This document shows, piece after piece, positions 49,138 to 59,116 of a stretch of 64,000 nucleotides of DNA (positions are counted from its first letter, which is position 1; each line of letters opens with the position of its first letter). The DNA lies in the NCBI GenBank assembly GCA_965221795.1, contig OZ244914.1, forward strand, positions 1,466,030 to 1,530,029, written 5' to 3'. Made by a program: the position numbers and the translations under genes. The notes under the pieces are model-generated. The model had not been told where the DNA came from. It did no database searches and worked only from the letters and a program-made list of their open reading frames with translations. This DNA is from Candidatus Poriferihabitaceae bacterium. Lineage in GTDB: Bacteria > Pseudomonadota > Gammaproteobacteria > Arenicellales > Poriferihabitantaceae.

Positions 49138-50997
49138 ATGCATCTGCTACAGACCGTCTTCCTGTCCATGGCCTGGACATGGATGGGATGGGTTTCCCAA
49201 GGAGTCGCCATCGCGCAGGAAAATGCCCTGCGGAATCATCCGGTTCCATATCTCGCATTGCATGGCGAAGACCCGATTCACTGGCATGAGTGGGGCCCCG
49301 AAGTGATGGCCAAGGCGCGACAGGAAAACCGCCTTGTCCTATTGTCGATTGGATATTTTTCCTGTCACTGGTGCCACGTTATGCAGCGGGAAAGCTTCCA
49401 CAACCCGGAAATTGCCGGGTTCGCAAACCAGTACTTTATCCCGGTCAAGGTCGACCGGGAAATGAACCCGGCACTGGACCATGCCATGATGTCTTTTGCC
49501 GAAACCATATTGGGCCGGGCGGGTTGGCCGCTGAATGTATTCCTCACCCCGGACGGTGCCCCGGTCTATGCACTTTTGTATCAACCACCGGAGCAATTTC
49601 TCCAATCCCTGCAACGATTGCATTCGCTTTGGTCGGAGAAGGAAACGGAGTTGCGACGACTGGTGGACAATTTTCCCTGGCAACCGGATCCCAAGACTTT
49701 GATCCCGGTAGAGGATGCGGACCTGCAGGCCCTGCTGATGCGTGCAAGACAGCAGATCCTCGAACAGGGCGATGCGTTTCAGGGCGGATTCGGTTCGCAA
49801 AGCAAGTTCCCGTCCGTGCCTCAGGTGGGCTTTTTGTTGGCGGCCCAGGCACATCTTCCGGATGACGAAGCCCGGCATTTCCTGATTACAACCCTGGATG
49901 CCATGATGCAGTACGGACTCCGTGATCACCTATCCGGCGGTTTTTACCGGTATGCCGTGGATCCCGGTTGGCAGATTCCGCATTTCGAGAAAATGCTCTA
50001 CGACAATGCCATGTTGGCCATGCTCTATCTCGAAGCAGGCCAGATCCTGGACCGGGAAGACTACCTAACCGTCGGTAAGGAAACCCTGGACTTCATGCAT
50101 AATTACATGTGGCTGGACGGGGCATTGGTATCGTCACTTTCGGCGGTGGATGAACACGATGTGGAAGGTGGGGCGTACCTTTGGCACCCGAGTGAACTCC
50201 GGCAGCTGTTGACGGCATCGGAGTTCGCGGTAGCCGATGCCGTCTGGGGGGTATCCCAACCTGCAGAATTTGAAGCGGGCAATCACCTGCGACAGTTTCG
50301 GAACATGGCCGAGGCAGCGGCTTTTCTGAATCTGGAAGTCGCCGAAACGGAAAGACTCCTGGCCCGATGCCGGGAAAAGCTACTCACTGTCCGGGCAGCG
50401 CGTCAGGTGCCTGTGGACCAGAAACTGGTCAGCGGTTGGAATGGACTGGCGCTGTCAGCGTTTGCCCGTGCGGTGAGGTACTTCCCCCATGGCCACTACC
50501 GGCACATTGCGGCGGAACTGCAGACATTTCTGACCGAGCGGGTCATGAGGGAGGGGGATGCACCGGACCTGGCCCGAGCAGAAGTAGCGGGTACACCCCG
50601 GGGTCGGGGTTCACTGGAGGATTATGCCTATGTATCCCAAGGCCTTCATGACTGGGCGGTGCTGACCGGAAACCGGACAGATTATGATCGTGCGACCGAA
50701 GTCGCCCGGGCCGGGTGGGCAAAACATTTGTCCGAGGCCGGTTGGCGCAGAGGCCCGGAACTGGTGCGAACACTCCCGGATGTGGTGCCGTTGATGGAAG
50801 ACGGGCCCATGCCCTCACCTTCTGCCGTCCTGTTGAAGGTGAGCCGGGCGTTGTCGGAATATCAGGGGGATGGGGAATGGAGTGAGGAGGTCCGTCGGGT
50901 CAGCCGGTGGGGGTTCGGGGAGGTCAGGGAATCACCCTACTGGTATGCCAGTCAGTTGGCCTTGTTCCTACCGGACAGTTCGTTGGAATCCCGGTAA
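49138..50997 (+). CDS. Thioredoxin-domain protein, DUF255 / YyaL-type with a six-hairpin glycosidase-like C-terminus
   Basis: Internal ATG of track ORF 49009..50997. ..HGEDPIHWHEWGPEVMAKARQENRLVLLSIGYFSCHWCHVMQRESF..IPVKVDREMNP.. The start position is uncertain. Confidence 0.75.
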   Translation: MHLLQTVFLSMAWTWMGWVSQGVAIAQENALRNHPVPYLALHGEDPIHWHEWGPEVMAKARQENRLVLLSIGYFSCHWCHVMQRESFHNPEIAGFANQYFIPVKVDREMNPALDHAMMSFAETILGRAGWPLNVFLTPDGAPVYALLYQPPEQFLQSLQRLHSLWSEKETELRRLVDNFPWQPDPKTLIPVEDADLQALLMRARQQILEQGDAFQGGFGSQSKFPSVPQVGFLLAAQAHLPDDEARHFLITTLDAMMQYGLRDHLSGGFYRYAVDPGWQIPHFEKMLYDNAMLAMLYLEAGQILDREDYLTVGKETLDFMHNYMWLDGALVSSLSAVDEHDVEGGAYLWHPSELRQLLTASEFAVADAVWGVSQPAEFEAGNHLRQFRNMAEAAAFLNLEVAETERLLARCREKLLTVRAARQVPVDQKLVSGWNGLALSAFARAVRYFPHGHYRHIAAELQTFLTERVMREGDAPDLARAEVAGTPRGRGSLEDYAYVSQGLHDWAVLTGNRTDYDRATEVARAGWAKHLSEAGWRRGPELVRTLPDVVPLMEDGPMPSPSAVLLKVSRALSEYQGDGEWSEEVRRVSRWGFGEVRESPYWYASQLALFLPDSSLESR

Positions 50998-51057
50998 GAG
51001 TTGGTACCATGATCTTTGCAGGGAACTGTCTCCGGGGTACCGGCAGACTGACCATAG

Positions 51058-51747
51058 TCACAACAGATGCGCAGACGGAGAATGGTCGACCGACCGGTTC
51101 GGCCAGTTGGAACCAATCCCGGTATGGTTCAGGCCATGTTCCAGTCGGCGGATAAATTCACTGCGTGGAATTTCCCGGGCACCCAGCCGAAGGAGATGGG
51201 GCGAAGTGATCTGGCAGTCCACCAGACTGAACCCCCACATTGTGAGCGATTCCATTAGCCGGGCCAGGGCAATCTTGGAAGCGTCCGGTTGTGCACTGAA
51301 CATGCTTTCTCCAAAATAGACAGTTCCGATGGCCAGTCCATAAAGCCCTCCAGCCAATTGATCGCCACACCAGGTTTCCACGCTGTGCGCCACGCCAAGT
51401 CGATGCAACTGGATGTAGGCGTTCTGCATTTCCGCCGTGATCCACGTCCCCGACTGCCCCCGGCGTGCACTGGCACAGGCCCGAATAACCCGCTCAAACG
51501 CTTGGTCAAATGTAACTCGGTGGTTCCCCTTTCGCAAGGTCTTGCGCAAACTGCGGGACGGACGGAATTGGGAAGGGAAAAACACGCATCGAGGGTCAGG
51601 GGACCACCACAGAATCGGGTCGCCTTCGCTATACCAGGGAAAAATCCCGTTACGATATGCCATGATGAGCCGCTCCGGTCGCAGGTCTCCACCGATGGCC
51701 AGGAGGCCTTCTTCATTGGCTAGCGACAGAGGCGGAAAACATTCCAT
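51058..51747 (-). CDS. aat: Leucyl/phenylalanyl-tRNA--protein transferase
   Basis: Track ORF. ..EEGLLAIGGDLRPERLIMAYRNGIFPWY..PILWWSPDPR..VAHSVE.W..LAGGLYG..IG..FFGESMFS.. Confidence 0.9.
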   Translation of the reverse strand: MECFPPLSLANEEGLLAIGGDLRPERLIMAYRNGIFPWYSEGDPILWWSPDPRCVFFPSQFRPSRSLRKTLRKGNHRVTFDQAFERVIRACASARRGQSGTWITAEMQNAYIQLHRLGVAHSVETWCGDQLAGGLYGLAIGTVYFGESMFSAQPDASKIALARLMESLTMWGFSLVDCQITSPHLLRLGAREIPRSEFIRRLEHGLNHTGIGSNWPNRSVDHSPSAHLL

Positions 51748-52220
51748 TATGGAAGTCTAGAGAATCTTTCCCCGGGACGCAATCATCCGTCTGGCTCACC
51801 CGGGGCGGTTTTGCACCCGGAGGTGCGTCACGGGGAACCGGAGCACAGGAACCCATTCTCCGTCATCGGGTCCAACCGGGCGATCAAATCGGGTGAAAAA
51901 GCGGTATGTGTACGATAGCCTATGGAGTTTCGCGGGGTACGGCCTGGGTACGAACGACGCAAAGCCAGGTTTCACTCCAGCTCTTTATTGTGGCCAAGGG
52001 CCAATTCTTTGATTGCATCTCATGGAACAGTTGAAGGCAGCTGCACATGGCCTATACAACTGCTACCACTCCGAAAGGGATGCCGGGTGCCAACGGCGGC
52101 AACCGAAACCGCATATGCCTGGTCGCGGTATCGTATCAACGCCGGCATCAAGGCATTCCAACACCGGGCGTCTTACGCCGATATCGCCCAAGGCCCGCCC
52201 GGCCATCCTGTCCGAGTCGT

Positions 52221-54113
52221 CTAGCCCTTGCCTCGCCAAGGGATCGACTTATGGATTACCCAGCGCATCAGCAAATCAAATATCAGGCCGAGAACACCCA
52301 TGATGATGATGGTCATCCAGATGATCTCATAGTCCGATTGCTTGCGTGCAACATTCTCCACAAAGCCAATGCCGGTGGTTCCGGCCAACATCTCGGCCGC
52401 AACGAGAGTGCCCCAGCATACCCCAATAGAGATGCGAATGCCGGTGAGGATTTCCGGCAGCGAATTGGGCAGTATGACCTGGCGGAGGATCTGGGCGTTG
52501 GATGCGCCGAGGGAGTGGGCCGCATGGATTTTGGACAGCTGGGTACCGGTGGCCCCGGTTCTCGCGGAGATCACCATGATGGCAAAGGCCACCATGAACA
52601 GCAGGAATATCTTGCCATCATCCTGAATCCCGAAGATGGTCAGGATCAGGGGAGCCCAAGCCAAGGGCGGAATCGGTCGGTACAGTTCAATCAACGGGTC
52701 GAAAAAGCCTTTGGCAAAGCGGGATAGTCCCATGAAAAGACCCAAAGGAACGCCCAGCAGAATCCCCATGAACAAGCCCATCAGTACCCGGACGATGGAA
52801 TCCCATATATGGCCTTCGGGAATCGGTACCGAGAAGGCACTGAAATTGCCGGAGGCGATGTTATAGACTTTGCTTTTGAGGTTGCCCTGGACTTCCCCCA
52901 GTTCATTGTGACGCGGAAATTCGCCCGGAACCAGATTGGCAACCCAGTCCGGGATCAGGAAGCCAATCATCTCGGAAACCGGCTTCATCTGGAACCAGAA
53001 CAGCGGGAATCCCTTGTAGCCCTCGTCGGGATGGGCCAGGCGGATAAAGGTATTCAGCGTATCAGACGGCTTTGGCAGCCAGCGTCCCGAGCCTTGCTCC
53101 GAACAAGCGTTGTTGCCGGCAAGAATTTTCCCGCCCGGCATGGCCAGCAGATCAATCCAGTACAAGCTGCCAAGTTGCTCCTGTTGTACCTGGTCCAACT
53201 CGATCAATGCCTGCTCCACCCCTTCCGTCACCGCCGGCGGGAAGATTCGGCCGTCATCAATGCGTCGGTAGATTTTCTGCAGGTTCTTGACCAGATCACT
53301 CCGCGCTTTGACCACCGATTCCGTGGCATCGGGATCAATCACGAACCCCTCAATCCGTGCTTCAATATCTGCCAGCCGGGTCGCCAGTGCCGGGCCATGA
53401 TTGCGGATGTCACGGTATTCCTGGGCAATCTCTTCCAAGACCATGCTGGCCGCATCGTATTTACGCCCCCGGTCGGTCATAGGCAACGGTGGCAGTTCGG
53501 AGTGGGATGCGCCCCATCCGGGCTGTGCCAGCGCTTCGGTCAGGGTTTCGGGATCCGCAGGGCCGGGATAATCCGACCGGGACAGGTCTTGTGCCAAGGC
53601 CCGGATCCGGTTCGCGACCTGATCCATTCTGGTGATAACGGACGGATCCAGATACTCAGGGCTTGCATGGGCCACCATGGTACTACGCAGGTCAGCGATG
53701 ATACCCACCAATGCCTGCCGGTCCGCATCCCGAAAATCTGTCTGCCTCAACCGAGCTTCGAGGGCATCAAGTTCACGTCCATCACGAACCAGAAGCTCGG
53801 TGCCGAGAAGTTGCCGATGGTGGCCAATGGGGAAGGTGGAACGAATCGGGTTCGCGGCTCGGTGGAGCTTGGCCACCTGGCACAGTTCATTGCCGGCCAA
53901 GGGAAAATATGCTCGAGCCGCATCCCAGGAAAACCAGTACCAGAGGAGTAGCAGCGAGCCGACCCCCATCACCATCCAGTGCCATCCTCCCATGGCCCGC
54001 TCGGGGTTGCCGAATACTGCATCCGTTTTTTCGGTCCGGATCAGCCTGCGCCCATAGATGACCGACCATATCAGAGCGGCAATCAGAGCGATGACCGCAA
54101 TCGAGACAATCAT
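52221..54113 (-). CDS. ABC transporter permease (NitT/TauT family core) with a ~430-residue N-terminal extension
   Basis: Track ORF, 630 aa. Canonical permease core from about residue 435 (..IWDSIVRVLMGLFMGILLGVPLG..PIPPLAWAPL..). It is preceded by two TM segments and a long charged, helix-rich region (..LDALEARLRQTDFRDADRQALVGIIADLRS..). Confidence 0.8.
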   Translation of the reverse strand: MIVSIAVIALIAALIWSVIYGRRLIRTEKTDAVFGNPERAMGGWHWMVMGVGSLLLLWYWFSWDAARAYFPLAGNELCQVAKLHRAANPIRSTFPIGHHRQLLGTELLVRDGRELDALEARLRQTDFRDADRQALVGIIADLRSTMVAHASPEYLDPSVITRMDQVANRIRALAQDLSRSDYPGPADPETLTEALAQPGWGASHSELPPLPMTDRGRKYDAASMVLEEIAQEYRDIRNHGPALATRLADIEARIEGFVIDPDATESVVKARSDLVKNLQKIYRRIDDGRIFPPAVTEGVEQALIELDQVQQEQLGSLYWIDLLAMPGGKILAGNNACSEQGSGRWLPKPSDTLNTFIRLAHPDEGYKGFPLFWFQMKPVSEMIGFLIPDWVANLVPGEFPRHNELGEVQGNLKSKVYNIASGNFSAFSVPIPEGHIWDSIVRVLMGLFMGILLGVPLGLFMGLSRFAKGFFDPLIELYRPIPPLAWAPLILTIFGIQDDGKIFLLFMVAFAIMVISARTGATGTQLSKIHAAHSLGASNAQILRQVILPNSLPEILTGIRISIGVCWGTLVAAEMLAGTTGIGFVENVARKQSDYEIIWMTIIIMGVLGLIFDLLMRWVIHKSIPWRGKG

Positions 54114-54129
54114 GATGATCCTGCCGTTG

Positions 54130-54933
54130 TCATTCGGTTTCAGAACGACCCATGATTTCTTCTTCCATGTTCCAGATCATACCCAGAATCTCTTCCCGGG
54201 TTTCCACAAAATCCGGCTGGTTCTTGATATCGCGTGGGTCTCCGGTGATGCCTTGCTCGGCAAAGGGGAGTCGATATTGCTTGTGCAGGCGGCCGGGCCG
54301 TGGTGCCATCACGAACAGCCGCTCTCCCAATAGCAGGGCTTCCTCCACACTATGCGTGATGATCATGATCGTCTTGCCGGTCTCCTTCCAGATCTTGAGC
54401 ACCAGGGATTGCATCTTTTCCCGGGTGAGGGCGTCGAGCGCCCCAAGGGGTTCATCCATCAGGATCACATCAGGATCGTTAATCAAGCAACGCGCCAGGG
54501 CCACGCGTTGCTGCATACCGCCGGAAAGTTGGTAAGTGGGAGTATCGCCGAATCCCTGTAGACCCACAATATCCAGCCATTCGTCGACCTTGCGGGCCGT
54601 TTGGTCCGCATCCACATTTTTCATCCGAAGGCCAAAATTGACATTGTTCGCAACTGTCAGCCATTCGAACAGGGCACCCTGCTGGAATACCATGCCACGT
54701 TCCACGCCGGGGCCAAGGATTTCGTTTTCGCCGAGCAGAATCCGGCCACCCGTAGGATGCAGGAAGCCGGCGATGATATTCAGCAGTGTGGTCTTACCAC
54801 AACCCGAGGGTCCCAGTACGGAGAGAAGTTCACCTTTTTTGAGTGTAAACGCCACTTCACTGAGGGCATGCACGGTATCGCCTTTCGGCGAGACGAATTG
54901 CATGTCGAGGGCGTCAGCAATCAGGTCACTCAT
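54130..54933 (-). CDS. ABC transporter ATP-binding protein (NitT/TauT family)
   Basis: Track ORF. Walker A GPSGCGKTT, signature LSGGMQQRVALAR, Walker B ILMDEP. Confidence 0.9.
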   Translation of the reverse strand: MSDLIADALDMQFVSPKGDTVHALSEVAFTLKKGELLSVLGPSGCGKTTLLNIIAGFLHPTGGRILLGENEILGPGVERGMVFQQGALFEWLTVANNVNFGLRMKNVDADQTARKVDEWLDIVGLQGFGDTPTYQLSGGMQQRVALARCLINDPDVILMDEPLGALDALTREKMQSLVLKIWKETGKTIMIITHSVEEALLLGERLFVMAPRPGRLHKQYRLPFAEQGITGDPRDIKNQPDFVETREEILGMIWNMEEEIMGRSETE

Positions 54934-55022
54934 AATGGGCCTGAGGCATGGCGAGGGAATGGATTTTCCCTCGCCAGATCAATTTTCGGATGATGTCGGT
55001 CCTGCCGGAGGCAGTTCAATTC

Positions 55023-55994
55023 CTATTGCAGGAAAGAGGTATCAATGACCGCACTGTAGTCTGCCAGTGCCGGATTTTCTTCAGTAGCAAAAGCACCACC
55101 CACGACTTCGATGGCGACGCTGGCTATTCCCCCCGGGTTGAAATAGCGGTTCAGTTGCTCGGCGTTGGATGGGAACACAAAATCAGCCATCTGGGACTGG
55201 GTTGCTTCGACCGAGAGGCCCGCGTCCTTGGCAATGACATTAATCTTGGATTGGTCTGCGGCGAAAGCGGCATTGGCCGAGTCGGTGACTTCAAGGAAAG
55301 TACGCACCATGTCGGGGTTTTCCTGAGCGAAGGTTTCCGTGACGGAAACCACATCAAAGCTGATGATGCCAGCTGCTTGCTTTTCCTCAAGAGTCATCAG
55401 GGGAGTGCCCGCTTCATACATCTTGTTCATGGAATCCGCGCCAAACCCACACGCCATGGAAACCGCGCCATCTGCCAGCGAAACCGCAGCATCAGCTGGC
55501 ACCTGGTCAATCACATTGACCTGGTTCACATCCACGCCCAACTCCCGCATCATCATCCGGAAGCTGTAGTCAGCCATGGTCGCCAACGGCACGGCGACCG
55601 CCTTGCCTTCCAGTTCGGTGGCGTTAGACTTGTCAATACCTTCCCCGTTGCGCACGACGCAGTCATTGGCCGGATACTGGACCGCAATGGCCACCAGCTT
55701 AAGGGGGGCATTGGCATTGACGGCGTTGATAAATGGAGCCAAGCCCTGACTGTAGGAAATATCAATGTCACCAGCGAGCATCGCCTCGGTCATCTCAGTG
55801 CCAGCATCAAAATTGGTCCAGTTGACTGGAACGCCCAAGGCGTCATCATAGGCCTTTTCCACCTTGGCAACTTGGTTCGGTGTAGCCCATTCTAGGAAAA
55901 AGGCCACATTGACTTCGTCCGCCGCCTGCACGGTGGCAGAGAGCGCCAAGCCGAAAGCAGCCGCCGTCAGTTTGGTAGTGTTTAGTTTTTTCAT
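55023..55994 (-). CDS. ABC transporter substrate-binding protein, TauA/SsuA-like
   Basis: Internal ATG of track ORF 55023..56033. Signal peptide MKKLNTTKLTAAAFGLALSATVQA, then ..VNVAFFLEWATPNQVAKV..AGDIDISYSQG.. Confidence 0.75.
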   Translation of the reverse strand: MKKLNTTKLTAAAFGLALSATVQAADEVNVAFFLEWATPNQVAKVEKAYDDALGVPVNWTNFDAGTEMTEAMLAGDIDISYSQGLAPFINAVNANAPLKLVAIAVQYPANDCVVRNGEGIDKSNATELEGKAVAVPLATMADYSFRMMMRELGVDVNQVNVIDQVPADAAVSLADGAVSMACGFGADSMNKMYEAGTPLMTLEEKQAAGIISFDVVSVTETFAQENPDMVRTFLEVTDSANAAFAADQSKINVIAKDAGLSVEATQSQMADFVFPSNAEQLNRYFNPGGIASVAIEVVGGAFATEENPALADYSAVIDTSFLQ

Positions 55995-56040
55995 AATCTG
56001 TGCGAAATGTGTGAATTTTCTGGGAGACAGCAACGATATC

Positions 56041-56080
56041 GCATATTTATAGCATATTTCACTATGATCAAAATCATCAA
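56041..56080. promoter_or_regulatory. AT-rich divergent promoter with short repeats (candidate regulator sites)
   Basis: gcatattt occurs twice (56041-56048, 56052-56059). Dyad atag-N9-ctat at 56049-56065. tgat-caaa-atca at 56065-56076. The region lies between the divergent SBP gene and the FAD-oxidoreductase gene. Confidence 0.25.
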
Positions 56081-56229
56081 TGTCGCATTATTGCTATTCT
56101 ACACACAACTAATGGGACTGTCATTTACGCTAGCAGGGGTCCCACCGGTCCTGTGGACGACCTCCTCTCGCCCACGTACACGACTACTCTGGCAATGCTT
56201 TGGTTCCTTGATTCAAAACGGCAGTCTGA

Positions 56230-57540
56230 TTGGGTGGATCGGTGAATCCTGATCTGATTTCCCGCACCTGGCCGGACAGTTTGTGGAACGCCACGGCCAT
56301 TCCACTGGCACCGCTGCCGGTGCTGCAGAACGTCACCGAAACCCGCGTGGGCATTGTCGGTGGGGGGTACACCGGTCTTTCCACCGCGCTGCACCTGGCC
56401 GAACGCGGCGTGGAGAGCATCGTGATGGAGCGCAACCAGCCCGGCTGGGGCTGTTCAGGGCGAAACGGGGGACAGATCAATCCCAACTGGAAGATATTGC
56501 CAGATCCCCTGCGTATGCATATCGAACCAGATCGCATGAAGGATCTGATCCAGATGATGAATACAACCTGTGACCTGGTGTTCGAATTGATTGCACGGTA
56601 CGGGATGGACTGCCACACCATCCGCCCGGGCTATCTTCTGGGTGTCATCGGCAAGCCAGGCCGACAGTATATGGACCGATGGGTTACCCAGTGGCGCATC
56701 CCCCCGGAACGAGCCCAAATCCTGCAACGGGAACGGCTGGCCGAACTGCTGGGTACGAACCATTACGACTGCGGCATGCTGGACCGATGTGGCGGCAGCC
56801 TCCAGCCACTGTCATATGCCAGAGAGCTGGCCAGGGTCTGCCTGACACAGGGTGTGACCCTGCACGGAGATACTCCGGCACTGCGGGTGCAACGACGGGG
56901 GGCTGGCTGGCGAATCCATACCTCGGAAGGGGCTGTGGACTGTGCCACGGTCGTCATTGCCACCAATGGCTACACGGACCCGCTTTGGCCGGGCCTGCGA
57001 CAGAATATCGTGCCCGTGGGCAGCCTGATTTCCGCCACCGAGCCCTTGCCATCCGATGTAACCAACCAAATCACTCCGCAGCGCCATGCGGTATCGGATA
57101 TGGCAGGCCTCCCGATCTATTACCGAATTGATGAAGCCGGGCGGATGGTGTTTGGCGGGCGGTCGACAATTTTTGGTCGAATCGGATCGCATGATACCCG
57201 CGCCTTGCGTAAGATGGCCTGCCGAATGTACCCGATGCTCCGCGATTTCCACTGGGAGTATGACTGGGGCGGTTATGTCGCGATGACCTCCCATCAACGT
57301 CCTTTAATGCTGCAATTGGAAGAACAGGTCTATGCTGGTCTCGGGTATAACGGTCGGGGGGTAGCCATGGCGACCATGATGGGCAAACAGCTCGCCCAGC
57401 AAATCACGGAAGGATGGGCCGCTCTTCCGCTGGAATCACCCCGAGCCATTCCCCTGCACGGATTGTATCCGATCGGCATCGCCGGGCGAATGGTTGCAGG
57501 CTACCTGAGAGATCGGTTGTTACCGGGAATTCGTGACTGA
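56230..57540 (+). CDS. FAD-dependent oxidoreductase (DAO / PuuB-like family)
   Basis: Track ORF (TTG start; a GTG at 56242 is also possible). ..SLWNATA..RVGIVGGGYTGLSTALHLAERG.. is a Rossmann GxGxxG, in a protein of about 430 aa. Confidence 0.8.
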   Translation: MGGSVNPDLISRTWPDSLWNATAIPLAPLPVLQNVTETRVGIVGGGYTGLSTALHLAERGVESIVMERNQPGWGCSGRNGGQINPNWKILPDPLRMHIEPDRMKDLIQMMNTTCDLVFELIARYGMDCHTIRPGYLLGVIGKPGRQYMDRWVTQWRIPPERAQILQRERLAELLGTNHYDCGMLDRCGGSLQPLSYARELARVCLTQGVTLHGDTPALRVQRRGAGWRIHTSEGAVDCATVVIATNGYTDPLWPGLRQNIVPVGSLISATEPLPSDVTNQITPQRHAVSDMAGLPIYYRIDEAGRMVFGGRSTIFGRIGSHDTRALRKMACRMYPMLRDFHWEYDWGGYVAMTSHQRPLMLQLEEQVYAGLGYNGRGVAMATMMGKQLAQQITEGWAALPLESPRAIPLHGLYPIGIAGRMVAGYLRDRLLPGIRD

Positions 57541-57551
57541 CCGATGTCGGC

Positions 57552-58352
57552 TTACCGGACCTCCAGAACAATCGGACAGTGATCCGATCCCATTTGGTCC
57601 ATCAAGTAATTCACTGATCGGACCCAGGCACGCGCCAGGTCGGCATCCATCAGGAAGTAGTCAATCCTCCAGCCGATGTTGCGCGTTCTCGCCCGAGTCA
57701 CGAGGTGCCACCAGGAATAGACCCCCGTCACGTCCACATTGCGTTGCCGCCAGATGTCAGACCAGCCATCGGCCAGCAGACGATCCATCCAAGCGCGCTC
57801 GTCTGGGTGGAACCCGATCTTACCGTCGTTTTCCCTGGGGCGGGCGAGATCGATTTCCTGATGGGCTACATTCATGTCCCCCCCGACCAGCACCCGATGG
57901 CCCTGGTACCGCAGGTCATTCATGAAGTCGTGTGTTTTGTCGTAAAAAACCAGCTTGTCTTCCCATGCCTGCTCACTTTTGCCGCCATTAGGAAAGTAAA
58001 TGGAAAGCAAATCCCAGACTTCACCGTCCTGCCGGAAGCTCAGGTGCGACACCCGCCCCTCGTCCGCGTTCGGGTTATCTGGCAGGGAGGTGCTGAATTG
58101 AACCTCTTCCAGGGCATCCGCAAGCCCCCGGCGTACCCATAGCCCGGTACCGGCATACCCAGCTTTCTCGGCACTGGCATAGTGCTGGTAATACGCTGGA
58201 TTGGCGGTTAAGTATGGGCTGAGTTGAGTCGGAGTACTTTTGGTTTCCTGCAGCATCAGGATATCCGGCTGGTGGTGGTCCACCAATTTCTGCAGTTCTT
58301 GCTTGCGTTCCACGGCACGGATGCCATTGACGTTCCAGGAAATGATTTTCAT
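57552..58352 (-). CDS. xthA: Exodeoxyribonuclease III
   Basis: Internal ATG of track ORF 57552..58562. MKIISWNVNGIRA..PDILMLQETK..GGDMNVAH..IDL..WR.DY...SDHCP.. Confidence 0.9.
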   Translation of the reverse strand: MKIISWNVNGIRAVERKQELQKLVDHHQPDILMLQETKSTPTQLSPYLTANPAYYQHYASAEKAGYAGTGLWVRRGLADALEEVQFSTSLPDNPNADEGRVSHLSFRQDGEVWDLLSIYFPNGGKSEQAWEDKLVFYDKTHDFMNDLRYQGHRVLVGGDMNVAHQEIDLARPRENDGKIGFHPDERAWMDRLLADGWSDIWRQRNVDVTGVYSWWHLVTRARTRNIGWRIDYFLMDADLARAWVRSVNYLMDQMGSDHCPIVLEVR

Positions 58353-58697
58353 GTGGCAGCCAGAGCGGGGATCAGAGTCACAGTATAACCGTCTTGTAGC
58401 CGACTCCAGAGGGTCATTCTGTATCAGCTTGGGTGAGCGGTTCATCCATTCCAACGACCGTCGCCTTCCCACTCCGTGGAGAAATATGATTTCATGCCTA
58501 TCGGACCGCGGTATACCACCAATCCTGAGAGTCGCCGAGTGACATAGCGTACGGCCCGGCAACTATAGGGGGATGACAATGGTCAGGCCAGTGCAGTGAT
58601 CACTTCGAGCAGTGCCCGGTGACTGCCTTTCACTTGTATGACATCTTCAGCTTCTCCCGTTCCCATGTGATTTTTGATGATGGAACTGCTGGCCGGC

Positions 58698-59000
58698 CTA
58701 CTGCGGACGAATTGTGAACAAATGCATCATCCGGATGATATCAGGAAGATCTTTCTGGAGGAATCTTGTCCTCATTTCTCCAAGGATTATGCTGCATGAC
58801 AGCATAGAGAATAAAGAAGCCATGCCCTCGTAGCGGAGCAGTATATTGCACGCTACCAGAGCCTCGTAGTTGTACACAACGATCTGCGGATTGATCCCCC
58901 AGATGAGCTGCCGTTTCGTACTTCTATTCCCCTGGGCGGGCGAAATTGCATCATTTGTCAATTCCCGATTCGATTTCCCGAGCGATCCTGAACCGGGCAT
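58698..59000 (-). CDS. Doubtful hypothetical ORF or decayed gene
   Basis: Track ORF, 100 aa, in a lower-GC 764-bp gap. A protein-like tail (..SSIIKNHMGTGEAEDVIQVKGSHRALLEVITALA*) continues downstream in another frame, which suggests a frameshifted relic. No family recognised. Confidence 0.2.
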   Translation of the reverse strand: MPGSGSLGKSNRELTNDAISPAQGNRSTKRQLIWGINPQIVVYNYEALVACNILLRYEGMASLFSMLSCSIILGEMRTRFLQKDLPDIIRMMHLFTIRPQ

Positions 59001-59116
59001 TTTGTGATGGCGATTGGGGAGATGCTTTGGGCGGGAACATACCGGGGAATGCTCACCCTGGGCCTCATCCAGGCAGTGGTTTCGGTATACTTGCCGTTTC
59101 GTTTCCGGATTTTCGC

